From assembly GCF_009914755.1 (NCBI RefSeq), contig NC_060925.1: DNA of 64,000 nucleotides. One strand, written 5' to 3'. This DNA is from the human T2T-CHM13v2.0 reference genome, Homo sapiens. Below are positions 48,603 through 62,900 of this stretch, piece after piece. A program made the translations under genes and the position numbers. The notes below the pieces were generated by a model. That model had not been told where the DNA came from, did no database searches, and worked only from the letters and a program-made list of their open reading frames with translations. Positions within the stretch are counted from its first letter, which is position 1. Each line of letters opens with the position of its first letter.

Positions 48603-50664
48603 ATTTGCTTATTTTTCTTAACAATGGAAAGAAATACACCTCTTCTTCTTTCCCCGGTTTTTTTCCCTGCCACGCCTTTAAAAAAATCCAGAAATGAATA
48701 TAGCACCATACAGGAGTCCCTAACTTGAGAACAGTAATTTAAAAATAGGCACACTACATTCTCATGCTTCCCTTATATGGTAGTGGGTACAGAGTAGTGG
48801 TAAGAGTATGACTCTTGAAAACTGAACCTCTCTCACCTGTAAAATGGAGCTCATCACCATACCTACATCATGACTGTGAGCATTAACTGACATGAATGTC
48901 TATCAAGGTTTTAACACTATATCTTGGACCCAGTAAGTATTTGTAATATAATAATAATAATAACGGCAATTATGGTTATTTTTACTATTGTCATCTAATA
49001 AGTATCATTGAACTTAGCTGATTGTAGCAGCATCTGCTTCTTGAAAATGGTTATTGGGGATGGGAAGCAGAGACAGTTTCCTTATAATCATCATCTGAGC
49101 TTAGATACTATTATATTCACCATTTTACAACATGTTACTGCACTTGGTGCCCCTGGCAGACCTCAAGATGTTGAGAAACATATTTTATGTTTCTTATACA
49201 TTGATGCTGGGGAACATATTTTATGGATCCTTATATCTCCAGAACTTGCATAGCATTAGAATTGGATAGATTCTTCATAAAGGTTGATCTATGGGACTCC
49301 CTCCCCCAAAGTGTCTCACTCCTGTATCCTAGAGATGTTGCTCTCTTCTCTTAGCCTTCCCGTGCTTTACCCTATGCCCCATGGCACTTTCTCTGGCTCT
49401 TCACTCTCCTTAATACTTTCTCTTCCGCCAAAGGTCTTGCCCCAAGCTGGTAGATCCCCTACTGGAAGCTTACAGCCTGGTGGGCTACAGATCATGTGGG
49501 CTATACAGAGTAATAACTGTCAGAGAGATGTGTTTGTATGACATAAGCTTTAGTTTTGAGTGTGCTTTGCAATGTGCTTTGCACAGCCATTTTATCTGCC
49601 TTCAAGACCCGTTCTTCCTTCAGGTGTCGCACTAGATATCCCCCTCCCCTCACTGTTGCCTGTGCCTCCTCAACACCCAGCCCGTGTTTCTGTCATGACA
49701 CCGACTGCTCTCTGCTGGATTTAATGTTCTCCTTGTCTGAGCCAATCCCCGTGAGCTCCTTGAGGACGAGGACTCTGTTCTCTGTGTTCCACAACTCTGT
49801 AACTCCAGTACAAGCATGGTGCGTAACCATGTTCCAAAAATACTCCCTTGTTAAATCAATGGAAGCAAGGTTCTCATGTTAATAGGTCCTGCAGTACTAT
49901 TTACAGAGTGTTGCAGGAAAAGGATGGATTAAATAAATGTTTGTGGGCTGACCTGGTAATCTAAGTTCCCGTTACAACATGTTTCTAGGTGAAAGCATTG
50001 TGGGATGCTCATGCCTATTTTCAGCTGCAAAATGTTAGTTCTGCTCCAAAATTCTGAAGGATCCATTGCACTCTTCTCAGATTGGCATAATTCCTCTTGG
50101 GTTCAGTGGAAGTCATATGGCCATGGGAGAGAATGTGGCTACTTTTGAATAGAAGATGTTGGAGCAACACTAATAAATTTCAGATTGAATACAATTTGCA
50201 TATGCAATAGCCTATTCCCATAATTGAGAATTTCCTGAGTGACTGAGAGGTTCTAAAGGTAGAATACATCCTCAATCATTTCCACACAGTATTCAGTTGT
50301 TGCCAAGCTCTGACCCTTTAAATGTCTCAAACAACACCCAAAGATTTTGGGAAGAAAACCTATTCAATTTACTAGTATCATTTCACAACGTTTATAGGTC
50401 ATGATTCTTTAATGTAGGGGGGATATTGAGAATGTGTAGTTGACACATTTTTCTCATGAAGAACACCCTTATTTTTCTTTCCCCTTAAGTATGAATTTTT
50501 CAGTAATGATGTTGTACTGGTGGGTTCAATTTAATCAAAGTTTTCCAGGATCTTTCTTGCTAAAGAGTGAATCACCAGGTTTTCTGGTATATTATGGGAG
50601 GAACATCTGTGCATTTTCAAGTTTGTGGTATGCAATGAAACATACTGTAAGTCAATCAAGTGAG

Positions 50665-51023
50665 TTTTATTTATTTATTTATTTATTTTTTAGAGTCAGG
50701 GTCTTGCTCTGTTTCCTAGGCTGGAGTGCATCGGTATGATCATGGATGGCTCACTGCAGCCTCAAGTTACTGGGTTCAAACTATCCTTCTGTATCAGGCT
50801 CCCCAGTTTCTAGGACTACAGGTACATGCCACCACACCTGTTAATTAAAAAGCAACTTAATTAATAAAATTTATTCTTAATTTTTAATATTTTTAATATT
50901 TTTTGTAGAGACAGTGGTCTTGGTATGTTGTCCATGCTGGTCTCAAACTCCTGGCCACAAGCACTCCTCTGCCTTGGCCCTGACAAGTGTTGAGATTTTA
51001 GATGTGAGCCACTGCACCTGGCC
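50665..51023 (-). mobile_element. Alu (AluJ-like) with expanded linker
   Basis: (TTTA)n tail, both arms, AT-rich insertion in the middle linker. Confidence 0.88.
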
Positions 51024-52049
51024 AGTGAATGGTTTTCTTTACCAGTCCTTTGCAATCTGTCTTCAACATTTATTGAAGAGAGCAACTTCATTTTTTTTTT
51101 TTTGCTTTTTCATGTTGAACTTTAATGCCATAGTACTTGATATGTCTCTTGAAACGTCATATATAGTGACTGCAGCAAAATTATTACATAGAAGGGGTAT
51201 AGGGTAGGTGATCTGGTTGGAATAAAGGACTAGATCTTTACCTTGAAGTTTCACTTGTATAGCGAGCCTACTGTTTGTACATAGAAGGTGTGTTTCTCCC
51301 TCATGGTGACTCTAGTCTTCTAGTATCCTAGGTCAAGATCTTTGGGATTATCCTTGACTCATCTTTTTCTCACTCTGTGTCTAATCCTTCAGCTATTTTG
51401 TGGGGCCCACCTTCAAATATATCCATAATCACATCTCTTCTCACCTTCATAGCTAGCACCTTGGTCTAAGCTGCCATCATCTCTTGCTGAGATTGTTGCA
51501 ATCACTTCCTTCCTAACTAATCTCCCTATGTACATCCTCCCTCATACAGTCTGTCTCCAACATATCTTTTGAGTTTCATCTCTTGTTTTCACAATTGTTG
51601 GAGTGATCCTGTTAAAAAAGAATCAGATTATGTCATTCCTCTGCAGAAAACCCTCTGAGAGAGTCCCATTCTCACTCAAAATAAAAGCTATAGTTCTGAA
51701 AATGGCTGGAAAGGTCTTATACTATCAGGACTTCTGTAACTTCTCAACTCCTTTCTTACTTCCCTTGCTCGCTCTGTTCCAACCACATTGGCCTTCTTGC
51801 TGTTCTTTGGGCATGCCTGAAATGTTCACGGCCTTTGCATGTGCTTTCTTTTTATCTGGACTGCTTTTCTTCTGGGTATCCCCCTGGTACCCCTCCAACT
51901 CTATCATCTGCTTCAATACTTTACTTATCTCACTTGTCCTCTGTGCTCTATAACATTGCTCATGGTTACCCACTTCTAAAAATGACTCTTGCTTCTGGAC
52001 ACCACATCCTCTTGGAATTATTTGTAACTGTTTGACCATTCCTTCCTTT

Positions 52050-54822
52050 TAAAAAAAATTTCAACTTTTATTCTAGATTCAGGGGGTACATGTGCAGGTT
52101 TGTTACAAGGCTCTGTAGCTTGATGCTGAGGTTTGGGGTATGAGTGACCCTGTCACCAGGTAGTGAGCATAGAACCTAATAGTTTTTCAACCTTGTCTCC
52201 CTCTCTCTCCTTCATCTTGCAGGCCCCAGTGTCAATTGTTCCCATCTTGTGTGTATGAGTACTTAATGTTTAGCTCCCACTTATGAGTGAGAAAATGTGG
52301 TCTTTGGTTTTCTGTTCTGTGTTAATTCACTTAGGATAATGGCTTCCAGCTGCATCTATGTTGCTGCAAAGGATATGATTTCATTTTATTTTATGGCTGT
52401 GGAGTATTCCATGGTATACATGTGCCACATTTTCTTTATCTAATCCACCACCGATAGGCACTTAGGTTGATTCCATATCTTTGCTATTGTGAATAGTGCT
52501 GCAATGAGCATATGAATGCATGTGTCTTTTTGGTAGAATGATTTATTTTCCTTTGGGTATATCTCCAGTAACGGGATTGCTGGGTCAAATAGTAGTTCTA
52601 GTTTTAGTTCTTTGAGAAATCTCTAAACTGCTTTCTACAGTAGCTGAATTAATTTACATTCCCACCAAGAGTATATAAGTGCTCGCTTTTCTCCACAGCC
52701 TTGCCAACATCTGTTTTTTTTTGACTTTTTAATAATAGCTGTTCTGACTGGTGTAACATAGTATCTCATGGTTTTGATTTGCATGTCTCTGATAATTAGT
52801 GATGGTGAACATTTTTTCATATGTTTGTTGGCTGGTTGTATGTCTTCTTTTGAAAAGTGTCTGATCATGTCCTTTGCCCAGTTTTTATGGAGTTGTTTGT
52901 TTTTTGCTTGTTGATTTAAGTTCTTTATAGAGTCTAGATATTAGACCTTTGTTGGATGCACAGTTTGCGAATATTTTCTCCCATTCTGTAGGTTATCTGT
53001 TTACTCTATTGATTGTTTCTTTTGCTGTGCAGAAGCTCTTTAGTATAATTAGGTCCCACTGTCAATTTTTGTTTGTGTTTCAATTGCTTTTGAGAACTTA
53101 GTCATAAATTCTTTGACAAGGCCACTGTCCAAAATCGTATTGGTTTTCTTCTAGAATTTTTATAGTTTGAGGTCTTACATTTAAGTCTTTAATCCTTCTT
53201 GAGTTAATTTTCATATCTGGTGATAGGTAGGGATCCAGTTTCATTCTTCCGCTGCATGTGGATAGCCAGTTAACCCAACACCATTTATTGAATAGGGAGT
53301 TTTTTTTCCCATTGCTTATTTTTGTCAGTTTTGTTGAAGATCAGTTGATTGTAGGTGTGCAGCTTTATTTCTGGGTTTTCTATTTTGTTCCATTGGTCTA
53401 TGTGTCTGTTTTAGTACCAGTATCATGCTGTTTTGGTTACTGTAGCCTTATAATACAGTTTGAAGTTGGCTAGTGTGATGCTTCTGGATTTGTTTTTTTG
53501 GCTTAGGATTGCTTTGGCTACTTGGGCTCTTTTTTGTTTCCATATGAATTTTAGAATAGTTTTTTTCTAATTCTGTGAAAAATGACATTGGTAGTTTGAT
53601 AGGAATAGCATTGAATCTGTAGATTGCTTTGGACATTATGGATATTTTAGCGATATTGAGTCTTCCAAATCCATGAGTATGAAATAGTTTTCCATTTGTT
53701 TGTGTCATCTGTGGTTTCTTTCAGCAGTGTTTTGTAGTTCTCCTTGTAGAGATCTTTCACCCGCTTGGTTAGACATATTCCTAGGTAATTTATTTTTTCA
53801 TGGATATTTTAAATGGGATTATGTTCTTGATTTGGCTCTCAGCTTTAACATTAGTGGTGTATAGAAATGCTACTGATTTTTTACATTAATTTTGTATCAT
53901 GAAGATTTACTGAAGTAATTTATCATGTCTGGGAGCCTTTTGGTTGAGTCTTTAAGGTTTTCTAGAAATAGAATCATATTGTCAGTGAAGATAGATAATT
54001 TGACTTCTTTTCATTTATCAGGTCTAGGAGCCTTTTGGTGGAGTCTTTAAAGCTTTCTAGATATAGAGTCATATTGTCAGTGAAGAGAGATAATTTGACT
54101 TATTTTCCTATTTGGATGCCTTTTCTTCTTTCTCTTGACTGACTTCTCTGGCTAGGACTTCTAGTACTGTGTTGAATAGGAGTGGTGAGAGTGTGCATAC
54201 TTGTTTTGCTCTAATTCTTAAGGAGAATGTTTCCAGCTTCTGCCTGTTCAGTATGATGTTGGCTGTGGGTTTGTCATAGATGGCTCTTATTATTTTGAGG
54301 TATGTTCCTTTGATACCAAGTGTTGAGGATTTTTATCATGAAGGGATATTGAATTTTATCAAAAGCTTCTTCTGCATCCGTTGAGATGTTCATGTGGTTT
54401 TTGTTTTTAATTCTGTTATGTGGTGAATCTCATTTATTGATATGTGTATGGTGAACTAACTTTTACAACCCCAGGAATAAAGCCTACTTAATCATGGTGA
54501 AGTAACTTTTTGATGTGTTACTGGATCCAGTTTGCTGGTATTTTGTTGAGGATTTTTGTGTCTATGTTCATCAAGGATATTAGCCTATAGCTTTCTGTTT
54601 TCACTGTGTCTTTGCCAGATTTGGGTATCAGGGTGATGCTGGCTTCATAGAATGAATTGAGGAGGAGTCTCTCCTCCTTTATATTTTGGAATAGTTTTAG
54701 TAGGATTGGTACCAACTGCTCTTGGTATGTCTGGTAGAATTCGCCTGTGAATTCATCTGGCCCAGGGCTTTTTTTGGTTGGTAGATTTTTTTTATTACTG
54801 TTTAAATTTTGGAACTTGTAAT
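52050..54822 (-). mobile_element. 5'-truncated old L1 (L1PA15-16/L1PB-like)
   Basis: 3'UTR plus ORF2 remnants (52635, 53448, 54518); TSD-like tttgaccattc (52031-52041) / tttgaccactc (54823-54833). Confidence 0.9.
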
Positions 54823-55307
54823 TTTGACCACTCTCTTGATCTCTTTCATGAGCTTGTCTTCCTCTGTCCGTCCCTTAACTGCCACTTGTCCACTTTTAGT
54901 CCTCTGGAATTCTTGCCACCTATTTATTTTCTTGAGCAATATTATCTTCCCTGAGGTTTTAAATTACCATTTATATGCTCACAAACTCCCAAATATCTAT
55001 TCTGAGCCTAGTTCTTTCTCCTGATATTCAGATGCATAGGTCCCATTATCTGCTGAACATCTCCATCTAGGTGTCCCAGGTATACCTCAAACTCAACGTG
55101 TTCAAAAGGTCGTCATCTTCTTTATTACACTGGGTCTCTGTTCATGTTCTCTATCACAGCAGATGGCACCATCTAGATACTTTAGTTATAAGTTACTCTT
55201 GACTTCTCTCTCTCCTTTGCTCTCCACAGCCAACTAATCATCAAGTTCTGCTGGCTATACCTCTCAAATAGTTCTGACTTTTGTCTCTCCCTCTTTATGT
55301 TTATTAC

Positions 55308-55781
55308 TGATAATGGGTCGAGTGATAGTTCTTAAAAGATAAATCCACACCAAATCCCTGGAACTTGTGTTCCTTATATGGAACAAGCGTCTTTACAGAT
55401 GCCATTGTTAAGGATCTTGAGATGAGATTATACTGGATTTTCTGTGTAGACCCTAAATCCAATGACAAGAGAAAGGCAGAGGGAGAACTGTGGCATAGAG
55501 AAGGGGGGAAGATACAGACACACGAAGGAGAAAACAATGTGGAGGTGCAGACAGAGGCAGTGATTGCAGTGATGTGGGCACAAACTAAGGAAGCCAAGGA
55601 ATGATGACAGCCTCCAGAAGGCAAAAGAGGCATGGAAAGATTCTCCTGTATGGGCTCTGCCAACAGCTTGATTTTCATTTCTAGTTTCTAGAAACGTGAG
55701 ATTGTGAGAGAATATATATTCCTTGCTTTGAGCCACGTAGTTTGTGGTAATTTGTTATGGCAGCCACCGGAATGGAATGCA
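55308..55781 (+). mobile_element. MLT1C-like LTR
   Basis: gttaaggatcttgagatgagattatactggatt..ccctaaatccaatgacaag..tttgtggtaatttgttatggcagcc. Confidence 0.85.
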
Positions 55782-57584
55782 CTGCCTTTGCCAGTTCAGA
55801 AACTTGTCATCCTTGTCTTGGATTAGTGAGAGAGCTGCCTAGTGGTTTCTCTGTCTCCAGTCTTAGCCCTTTTATGTTACATGTTCTATTCTGCACCCAG
55901 AGTAGTTATAGTCAAAACTCAATTTGGCCCTGTCCCTTCTATGTTTAAATCTATCTAATTCCCTCCACCTGTCATATAGTCTCTCTTCTCCTGTAGCTTC
56001 AATGCTTGTTTAGCCTGGAAGCCTTGGCCCCATTTTTTTTTTTTTAATCACTCCATTGGTCCTGCAAATCCTCAAACATGGATCAATCCCACTATATACT
56101 TTCTCTACTTCTACCTTTAGGCTATTGGGAAAACTGATATAATTGTTTGGATTTTTTCCCTCTATACATTCATAGTACCCAGTCTCAGGTAAGTCTTCAA
56201 AATGGTCCAAAAATCTGGCCAGCTCCCTCTCCTAATTGTCCCCAGTGACTCTTCCAAACCTTCATCATTGCCTTCTAAGCTCTTCCACTTTGTTTCGTGT
56301 TGCTCCATTCCTTGTCCTTAATGGGAGAAACTTCAAGGTTCTCAGGGATAAAATTCCTCAGATTCCTGTCTCCATCCCCACTAAGTTTCATAGCTTTACC
56401 TCAGCTGTCTTCCAGTTTCTGAGAAAGACACCCACCCCCCCTCATTCCTTCTGTACTGTTGACTTTTTCTGTCCATGTTCCTGAGGACTCAGGTTATTAT
56501 TTCCTCTTCTATTATATTTTTAGCTCTTTCTATGGGATCCATTCCCAGTGCTGATAAACATGCTGACATCTTTTTTGTTTTGAACAATACCAAGTACTCG
56601 ACACTTTTAAAATTATGTGACCTGACCTGTTAAAATGAGAACAATTTTGTAGAGATAAACCAAGCTGTCTTAAAAAATGATACACCATCAATTGTCTTTG
56701 AAAAGAGTTCTGAACTTTTCTTTTTCTCTCTCTTCCATTTTGATCAAGGAGGAAAATAGACAAATTAGAAGCCCATGCTGAAAGTCTGCCAATGTTACCA
56801 GCTGCTTGCTGATAATGATTTTTCTTCTCCCCTGGCTGGAAGGAAGGGTAAATTAAATATCTCTTAGTGACAATCCCCTATCCCTGTCAGGCCGATTTAC
56901 TCAACACTGGCCCCTCCTGGCATCATCTGCTGCTATATAAAGCATGAGTTTGTAACTTGTCTTTGTCCAACCTGGTCAGAAAATGTGGACTCTCATCATG
57001 GTCATACATGGCATTTAAAATCTTTTTCATTTTTATCTTCAATAATTTATAGATGGAAAATCCTAGGGTATTCATACTTCTAATTAAATGTAGAGCTTCT
57101 TTTTATGCAGTTGCTGTTTTTTTTTCTTTGAAGAAAATCGACTTTTCTCCTTTTCATATCTTGGATTGAATTCTTTTTCACCCTTTTCCTTTTCATGCTT
57201 CTCAGCTGAATTCCTGTGCAACATGAACTGCTGGCAGTGAAGCATTCCAGATGGAACCACCTATAGTCTTGAGGCGTGTAGCCTTGCCCACAAAGACAGG
57301 GAATTGGAGAGGAAAGATGCATAACCAGTGAAAACAAAGGTAGCAGTGCTCAGCTGTAATCTTTTAGAAGTGACAGTATTATACTTATATTAGAATTTTA
57401 ACTGAAGAAAACCAATGGAAATTATAAATTATAATACAATTCTAATTTTCCTTTCCTCATTTGTTGTTTTTCAGATTCTTGTGCCATATTATTTCCTGTC
57501 ACTGATAGAAAGTTTAACATTATATACTTATTGTTTCTATCAAAATTTGATTCAATTAAAAAAATTTTTTTTTCTATGACTGAG

Positions 57585-58067
57585 TGTGATAGACAGAATA
57601 ATGGCCTGCAAAATAAGTTTATGTCCTAATCCTGGAGCCTGTGAGTCTGTTACCTTAGATGGCAAAGGTACCTTGCAAATGTGATTAAGATCTTGATGGG
57701 AGATTATCTTGGATTACCTGGGTGGGCCCAATGTAATCACAAGGGTTTTTATGAAAGGGAAGCAGGTAGCTCAGAGTGAGAGCGAGTCAGAGAAGGAGAT
57801 GTGATGTTGGAAGCAGAGGTCAGAATGATGCCATTGCTAGAAGGAGCCATGAACCAAAGCACCCAAGCAGGCTCTAGAAGCTGGAGAAGCGAGGAACAGA
57901 TTCTCCCTGAAATCCTCCAGGAGGAGCACAGCCCTGCTGATACCTTGACTTTAGCCCTGTAAGACCCATTTTTGGACTTCTCTAGAATTATGAGATAATA
58001 CACTGGTGATGTTTTAAGCCACTAAGTTTGTGATAATTTGTTAAAGCAGCAATAGGAAGCTAAAATG
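57585..58067 (+). mobile_element. MLT1D-like LTR
   Basis: tgtgatagacagaataatggcc..gggagattatcttggattacctgggtgggcccaatgtaatcacaaggg..ttttaagccactaagtttgtg. Confidence 0.88.
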
Positions 58068-59403
58068 CTGGAAGTTTCAGTAAAAAACACAACATGATTT
58101 TCATTCTTTTAACCTAAAACTTAGTGACAGGTCCTGTCCAGGGAGCATTGTCACTTTAAGAAGCTATGATAGTCTCACCAAAGCAGCTGGGGGTTTGCTA
58201 ACCCAAAAGCCACAAAGACTGACTCATTGTCTTGTGGGTTTGATCTTGGGTCCCTCTCTCCCTGCCTTCTTTACTTCCCTCCATGTTCTCTGGCCACCAT
58301 GCCTGGTCACTGACCTATACCCAGGGTTATGATCTAGTTTCTCACTATGATTTAGTTAATGAGCCTTAGAATCCTCAGCTTCTCCTCTACCTGGTTTGAA
58401 GTGATGCACATGCCAGTCCTTTTTGGCTTACCCTGCCTGGCCAATGTGATAAGATGTCTGACTTATACATACAGGCCCTCAACTCTTGTTTGGGCAGTGT
58501 TCAGATGCATTTGTTCCTGCTTTGGTTTGCAGATGTGCCTGAATGTTTGGCTCTGTTTGCCTGTCTATTCATCCATTCTTTAATAGTAACTTTCTGAACA
58601 GCTACTCTATGCAAGAACTGGAGTAGAAACTAGAGATGAATAGATGAATAAGATATGGTCTGCATCTTCAAGGAGTTCATAGTTCATAGAAGACCAACAT
58701 AGAGAGGTAATTAGTAAAAGAAAAGATAAAAATATGTATAGTCTGTTACTGATCCTAGAGGAGAGAAGATGTTCTGGGGTAGTGCGAGTGGGGGAAACTT
58801 CCTAAAAGGAGTAGATGGCTGAGTGGGAAGTTAGAAAGAATGAGTAGGAATTATCCAGTGGCAAGGAGGTATGCATGGGGGATGGTGTGAATGGAGGAGA
58901 TGGCACAAAGTGACAGGAGTTCAGAAGAGGTAACAAATCAAGCAAAAGCATAGGAAGCACAGGAGTGTGAAGAAGAAAGTTGCAGGGAGAAGATGGAGAG
59001 GTAGACAGGGGCCAGACCTCAGAGTATCTTGCATGCCCTGGAAGGGTGCTTCAACCCTAGCATTCTGGATGTTCATCTTATAATACATAAGATTCATTCA
59101 TTAAACTCATCAGCACTGTTCAAAACCCTGGGGATCAGATGTAAACAAGACAAAGCTGCTGCCCTCTTGGAACCCAGTGTATCACAGGAGACAGATAACA
59201 TGAGTAATCACAATGGTAATCACATTGTAATCACAATGAGAGGAGGCATTCGGGGTAGCTCACAATCCAGGCTGAAGGTCCAAAAAGATTTCCTTGAAGA
59301 CACAATATCTGCTCGGGAGGCTGAGGCGCACACACACACACACACAAAACAATGTAATCTCTGAACTGAGTCTAAATAGATGGGTGGGATTACCCAGGAT
59401 CTT

Positions 59404-59716
59404 TTTTTTTTTTTTGAGATGGAGTCTCCCTCTGTCACCCAGGCTGGAGTGCAGTGGCTCGATCTTGGCTCACTGCAACCTCCGCCTCCTGGGTTCAAGC
59501 GTTTCTCCTGCGTCAGCCTCCCCAAGTAGCTGGGACTATAGGTGCATGCCACCACACCCAGCTAATTTTTTTTGTATTTTTAGTAGAGATGAGGTTTCAC
59601 CATGTTGGCCAGGCTGGTCTCCAAATCTTGGTCTCCAAGATCTTGACCTTAGGTGATCCACCCACCTCCACCTCCCAAAGTGCTGGGATTACAGGCATGA
59701 GCCACCGCACCCGGCC
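59404..59716 (-). mobile_element. AluS inserted in a MER5-like element
   Basis: Full dimer, T tail, TSD aggatctt at 59396-59403 and 59718-59725; small internal duplication tggtctccaa(g)atct. Confidence 0.95.
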
Positions 59717-61926
59717 AAGGATCTTGTTAAGAAGGGAGACCTCTTTAGATCTCAACCTCAGAGAATTTTATTGCCTAGGTCTCAGGTAAACTTAAAAATC
59801 TGCATTTTACAAGCCTACCTAGTAGGTAGTTCTCATGCAGTTAGATTCATAGAAGGGTTAAATTTTTTTGCTTCCAGAAAATGAGCGTCACATGTTGGAC
59901 TTCTATGTAACCTGATTCAGGAGGCTCAAACCATGAATAGCTTCATTGAGATGTGGTAATACTCATGATACTGAAGAAAAACAGTATTGCAATAACTTAG
60001 TGTTGTTCTACCCACAACTAGATGGCTCTTGAATGATTCAGAGGGAAACTTTGGATGGGATATATTAGAAGCAGTTTGGGAAGTTCCCTTTGAAAGGTCG
60101 AATGGTATGAGAACATGCTTCCATAGATGACTGAAGAATGGGTGAAACTTTCTTTAATTTCTCTACCAGCTCCCATCAACTTCCTGCCTCTGACCCCTAA
60201 TGCTTTCCAAGAAAATGGACTCAGCTACTTAATCCTTAGGCAGGGTTGAGCTGAGGATACCCACGCTTCCTGTTTAGAATTAGCTGCTCTGAAAAACTTC
60301 CCAGATTCCAAATCATTGCCAACGTACTTAGATCTTTTTATTCTAAGATGCAGGGTAGTATTAAAGAAATTTATAAGTAAAATTTGAAGTCAGGCTTATC
60401 AGTGAGTATTTACATACTTTGTAAATATCTGAAGTATTGAATTGCTAGGTACTCAGCAAACAAACAAACAAACAAACAAACAAACAAAATCCTGGTCCTG
60501 CTCCGTAGAAGTTCACTATCTAGTAAGGGAAACAGATAATATTTATAACAATGTAGTAATTGAAATGAGAGAACTGACAAGCTACTGTGCACAAGAGATT
60601 AGCCATTTGGCTAAGCCTGGAGTGAGGGCTTACAAAGAAATAAGCCCTCGGTTAGGTGGCTGGGAAGAAATTAGCTGGGAAAACAAGGTGAGGTTAAGGC
60701 ACGTATTATTTCCCTCTCTTGTAGCCTTTCTTACCACAACATCTCATAATGGTCTATACACAGTAGATTTGTGGTCTGAGAGAATCATCATTTACATATC
60801 TTTATTAACTTTTTACTTGAGTGGAATGAAAAGATCACTTAGTACTGGATTGGATGACCCAAATCAGCAGTTTACTCAAGGTTTCTTAGTGAATCATGTT
60901 CAAAGCAAAATATACTTATTTATAAGAGCCTTGTCCTTTAAGGCAATACCCTGTCACTGTATTAGCTTTGTTTGAAGTCTCATCAGTGCACAGTTGGCTT
61001 TGGAATGCAATGTGGGCAGGATGCATAACCATAGGTGTGGTGGTCTATTTAGGACCAGTCTAAATGTTACAGAATGGTAGATGGCCTTGCTCAGTTCCTA
61101 GACAATCACAATCTCTCCCCATCTCCCCCGACCACATTCTTTTTCTTTTGACAGTTATTTACTACCCATCAAACATATTTACTAAACACTTTGAGAACCT
61201 GAAAAAAAATCAAGACTCTTTAAGAAGAAAGAATGCATGAACTTGGACAAAAATGATTAATGTGGGGATGTTCAGAGATTTTCCCCACAGCTTCTCTGCC
61301 TAATAAATAGAGTCCTCAGTTTATGTGAAGCAATCTTTTTCTCTCTCCAAATATTTCTTTTTGCAGAAGAGAAGCAAATTTGATGTACCTGGTAAAGTTC
61401 TCAGAGAGAAAAGAAAGGGCTCTTCTTCTGATGGAAGAAGAAGGCAGTGGAGGAGTGATGGAGGAATATTTCTCTTTGAAGGTTTTGGGGAGAGAGATGC
61501 TGAAATACCCCTAGGAAAAGAGCAAGTGAGCAGGAGAACAAAAGATTTTGGCAAGTGATTTCATGCGTTTTCTGTTGGAATTCCTTTGAGTAATATGAGT
61601 AAACCATGGGATTTGTTAATTACTTTTTATTTATTTTGGCTATTGCACTGTGCTTCTTGGATATGATGGCGCTTTCAGACTAAATTACATTATGGGTACA
61701 TATGCATCCTCATGTGATTCTATAAATACAGCATGTCCTAACCTACCTGTGGGTTCCAGGTTAAGAATGTCTCTTTTGGTCTAGATTACTGAAATAATCT
61801 CCAAGCTAATCTTCCCATCACCACTTTTCCTCTTCTCTATTTTTTTCTGCCATACTACTCTTAAAATACATATTGGATTATGTCATTTTCTTGCTTAAAT
61901 CCTCTTAATGGCTTTATTTTCGTAAG

Positions 61927-62143
61927 TGTTATGGACTCCATTGTGTCCCTACCAAATCCTTATGTTGAAGTCCTGAAACCCAGTACCTCAGAATGTGACT
62001 GCACTTGGAAACACATTCTTAAAAGTGGTAAATATAATAAAATGAAGTCATTAGTGTGGACTCTAATCCAATATGACTGGTGTCCTCATAAGGAGAGTTA
62101 GGACACAGATGGGTACAGAGGGAAGACCATGTAAAGACACAGG
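61927..62143 (+). mobile_element. MLT1A/B LTR, 5' half
   Basis: tgttatggac..tatgttgaagtcct..ccagtacctcagaatgtgact..gggaagaccatgtaaagacacagg; preceded by gtaag. Confidence 0.88.
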
Positions 62144-62597
62144 AAAGCACTGCAAAGAAAATAATCAGCAAAATAAAAAAGTAGCTTTTTCCCCCCAATT
62201 CTCAATGGGAAAAAAAATTTGCAAACCATTTATCTGATGGGTGGTTAATATCCAAAAATTATAAAGAACACATACAACTCAACAGTATAAAAACAAATAA
62301 CCTAATTAAATTGGCAAAGGACCCTAGTAGACATTTCTCCAAGGAAGATTAAAAATGTCCAACAGATGAAAGGGTCCTCAACATCATTAATCATCAGGGA
62401 AATGCAAATCAAAATCAAAGATGTCACCTCACATCTGTTGGATTGCTATTATCAAAAAGTCAAAAGATAACAAATGTTGGTGAGGGCGTGGAGACAAAGG
62501 AGCCCTGTACACTGTTGGTGGGAATGTAGATTGGTGGAGTCATTGTGAAAAACAGTATTGAGATTTCTAAGCAAACAAAAATAGAACTATCATGTCA
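62144..62597 (+). mobile_element. Old L1M(A) ORF2 fragment
   Basis: tttgcaaaccatttatctgat..cagggaaatgcaaatcaaaa..acactgttggtgggaatgtagattgg; stops at aatagaactatcat. Confidence 0.85.
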
Positions 62598-62764
62598 GAC
62601 ACTGAGAACAATGAGTATAAAAACTTGGAAACATCAGAACAATCCTATCATCAAGGAATGTCTAGAAGGCCATAATGGCTGGCATTTAAAGAAGAAGAGA
62701 AATTTGGGCAGGACATAATCATAGGGTTTTGTAAGACATAGTAAAAAATTTGGATTTTACTTAC

Positions 62765-62900
62765 CGTATTAGTTTGCAGGGGTTGCCATAACAAATTACC
62801 ACTGTGGCTTCTACAACAGAAACTTATTTTCTCACAATTATGTGGTTTTTTTTTTCTGAGGCTCTTTCCTTGGCTTGTAGGTGGCCATCTTCTCCCTGAG

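Larger units (their letters stand above)
51320..55960 (+). mobile_element. L2 fragments (51320-52045, 54823-55300, 55782-55960) split by L1 and MLT1
   Basis: C/T-rich L2 body motifs (atcagattatgtcattcctctgc; ctcaaactcaacgtgttcaaaa) continue across both insertions. Confidence 0.65.

Noticed and set aside
56934-57339. TATATAAAG box followed by an exon-like unit 57206-57339
   Set aside because: Stops in all frames, no CpG island, and TATA-like words are common in AT-rich DNA; cannot be supported from sequence alone.
60442-60975. 177-aa ORF
   Set aside because: TTG start, begins in an (AAAC)n repeat and L2 remnant, no recognisable domain.
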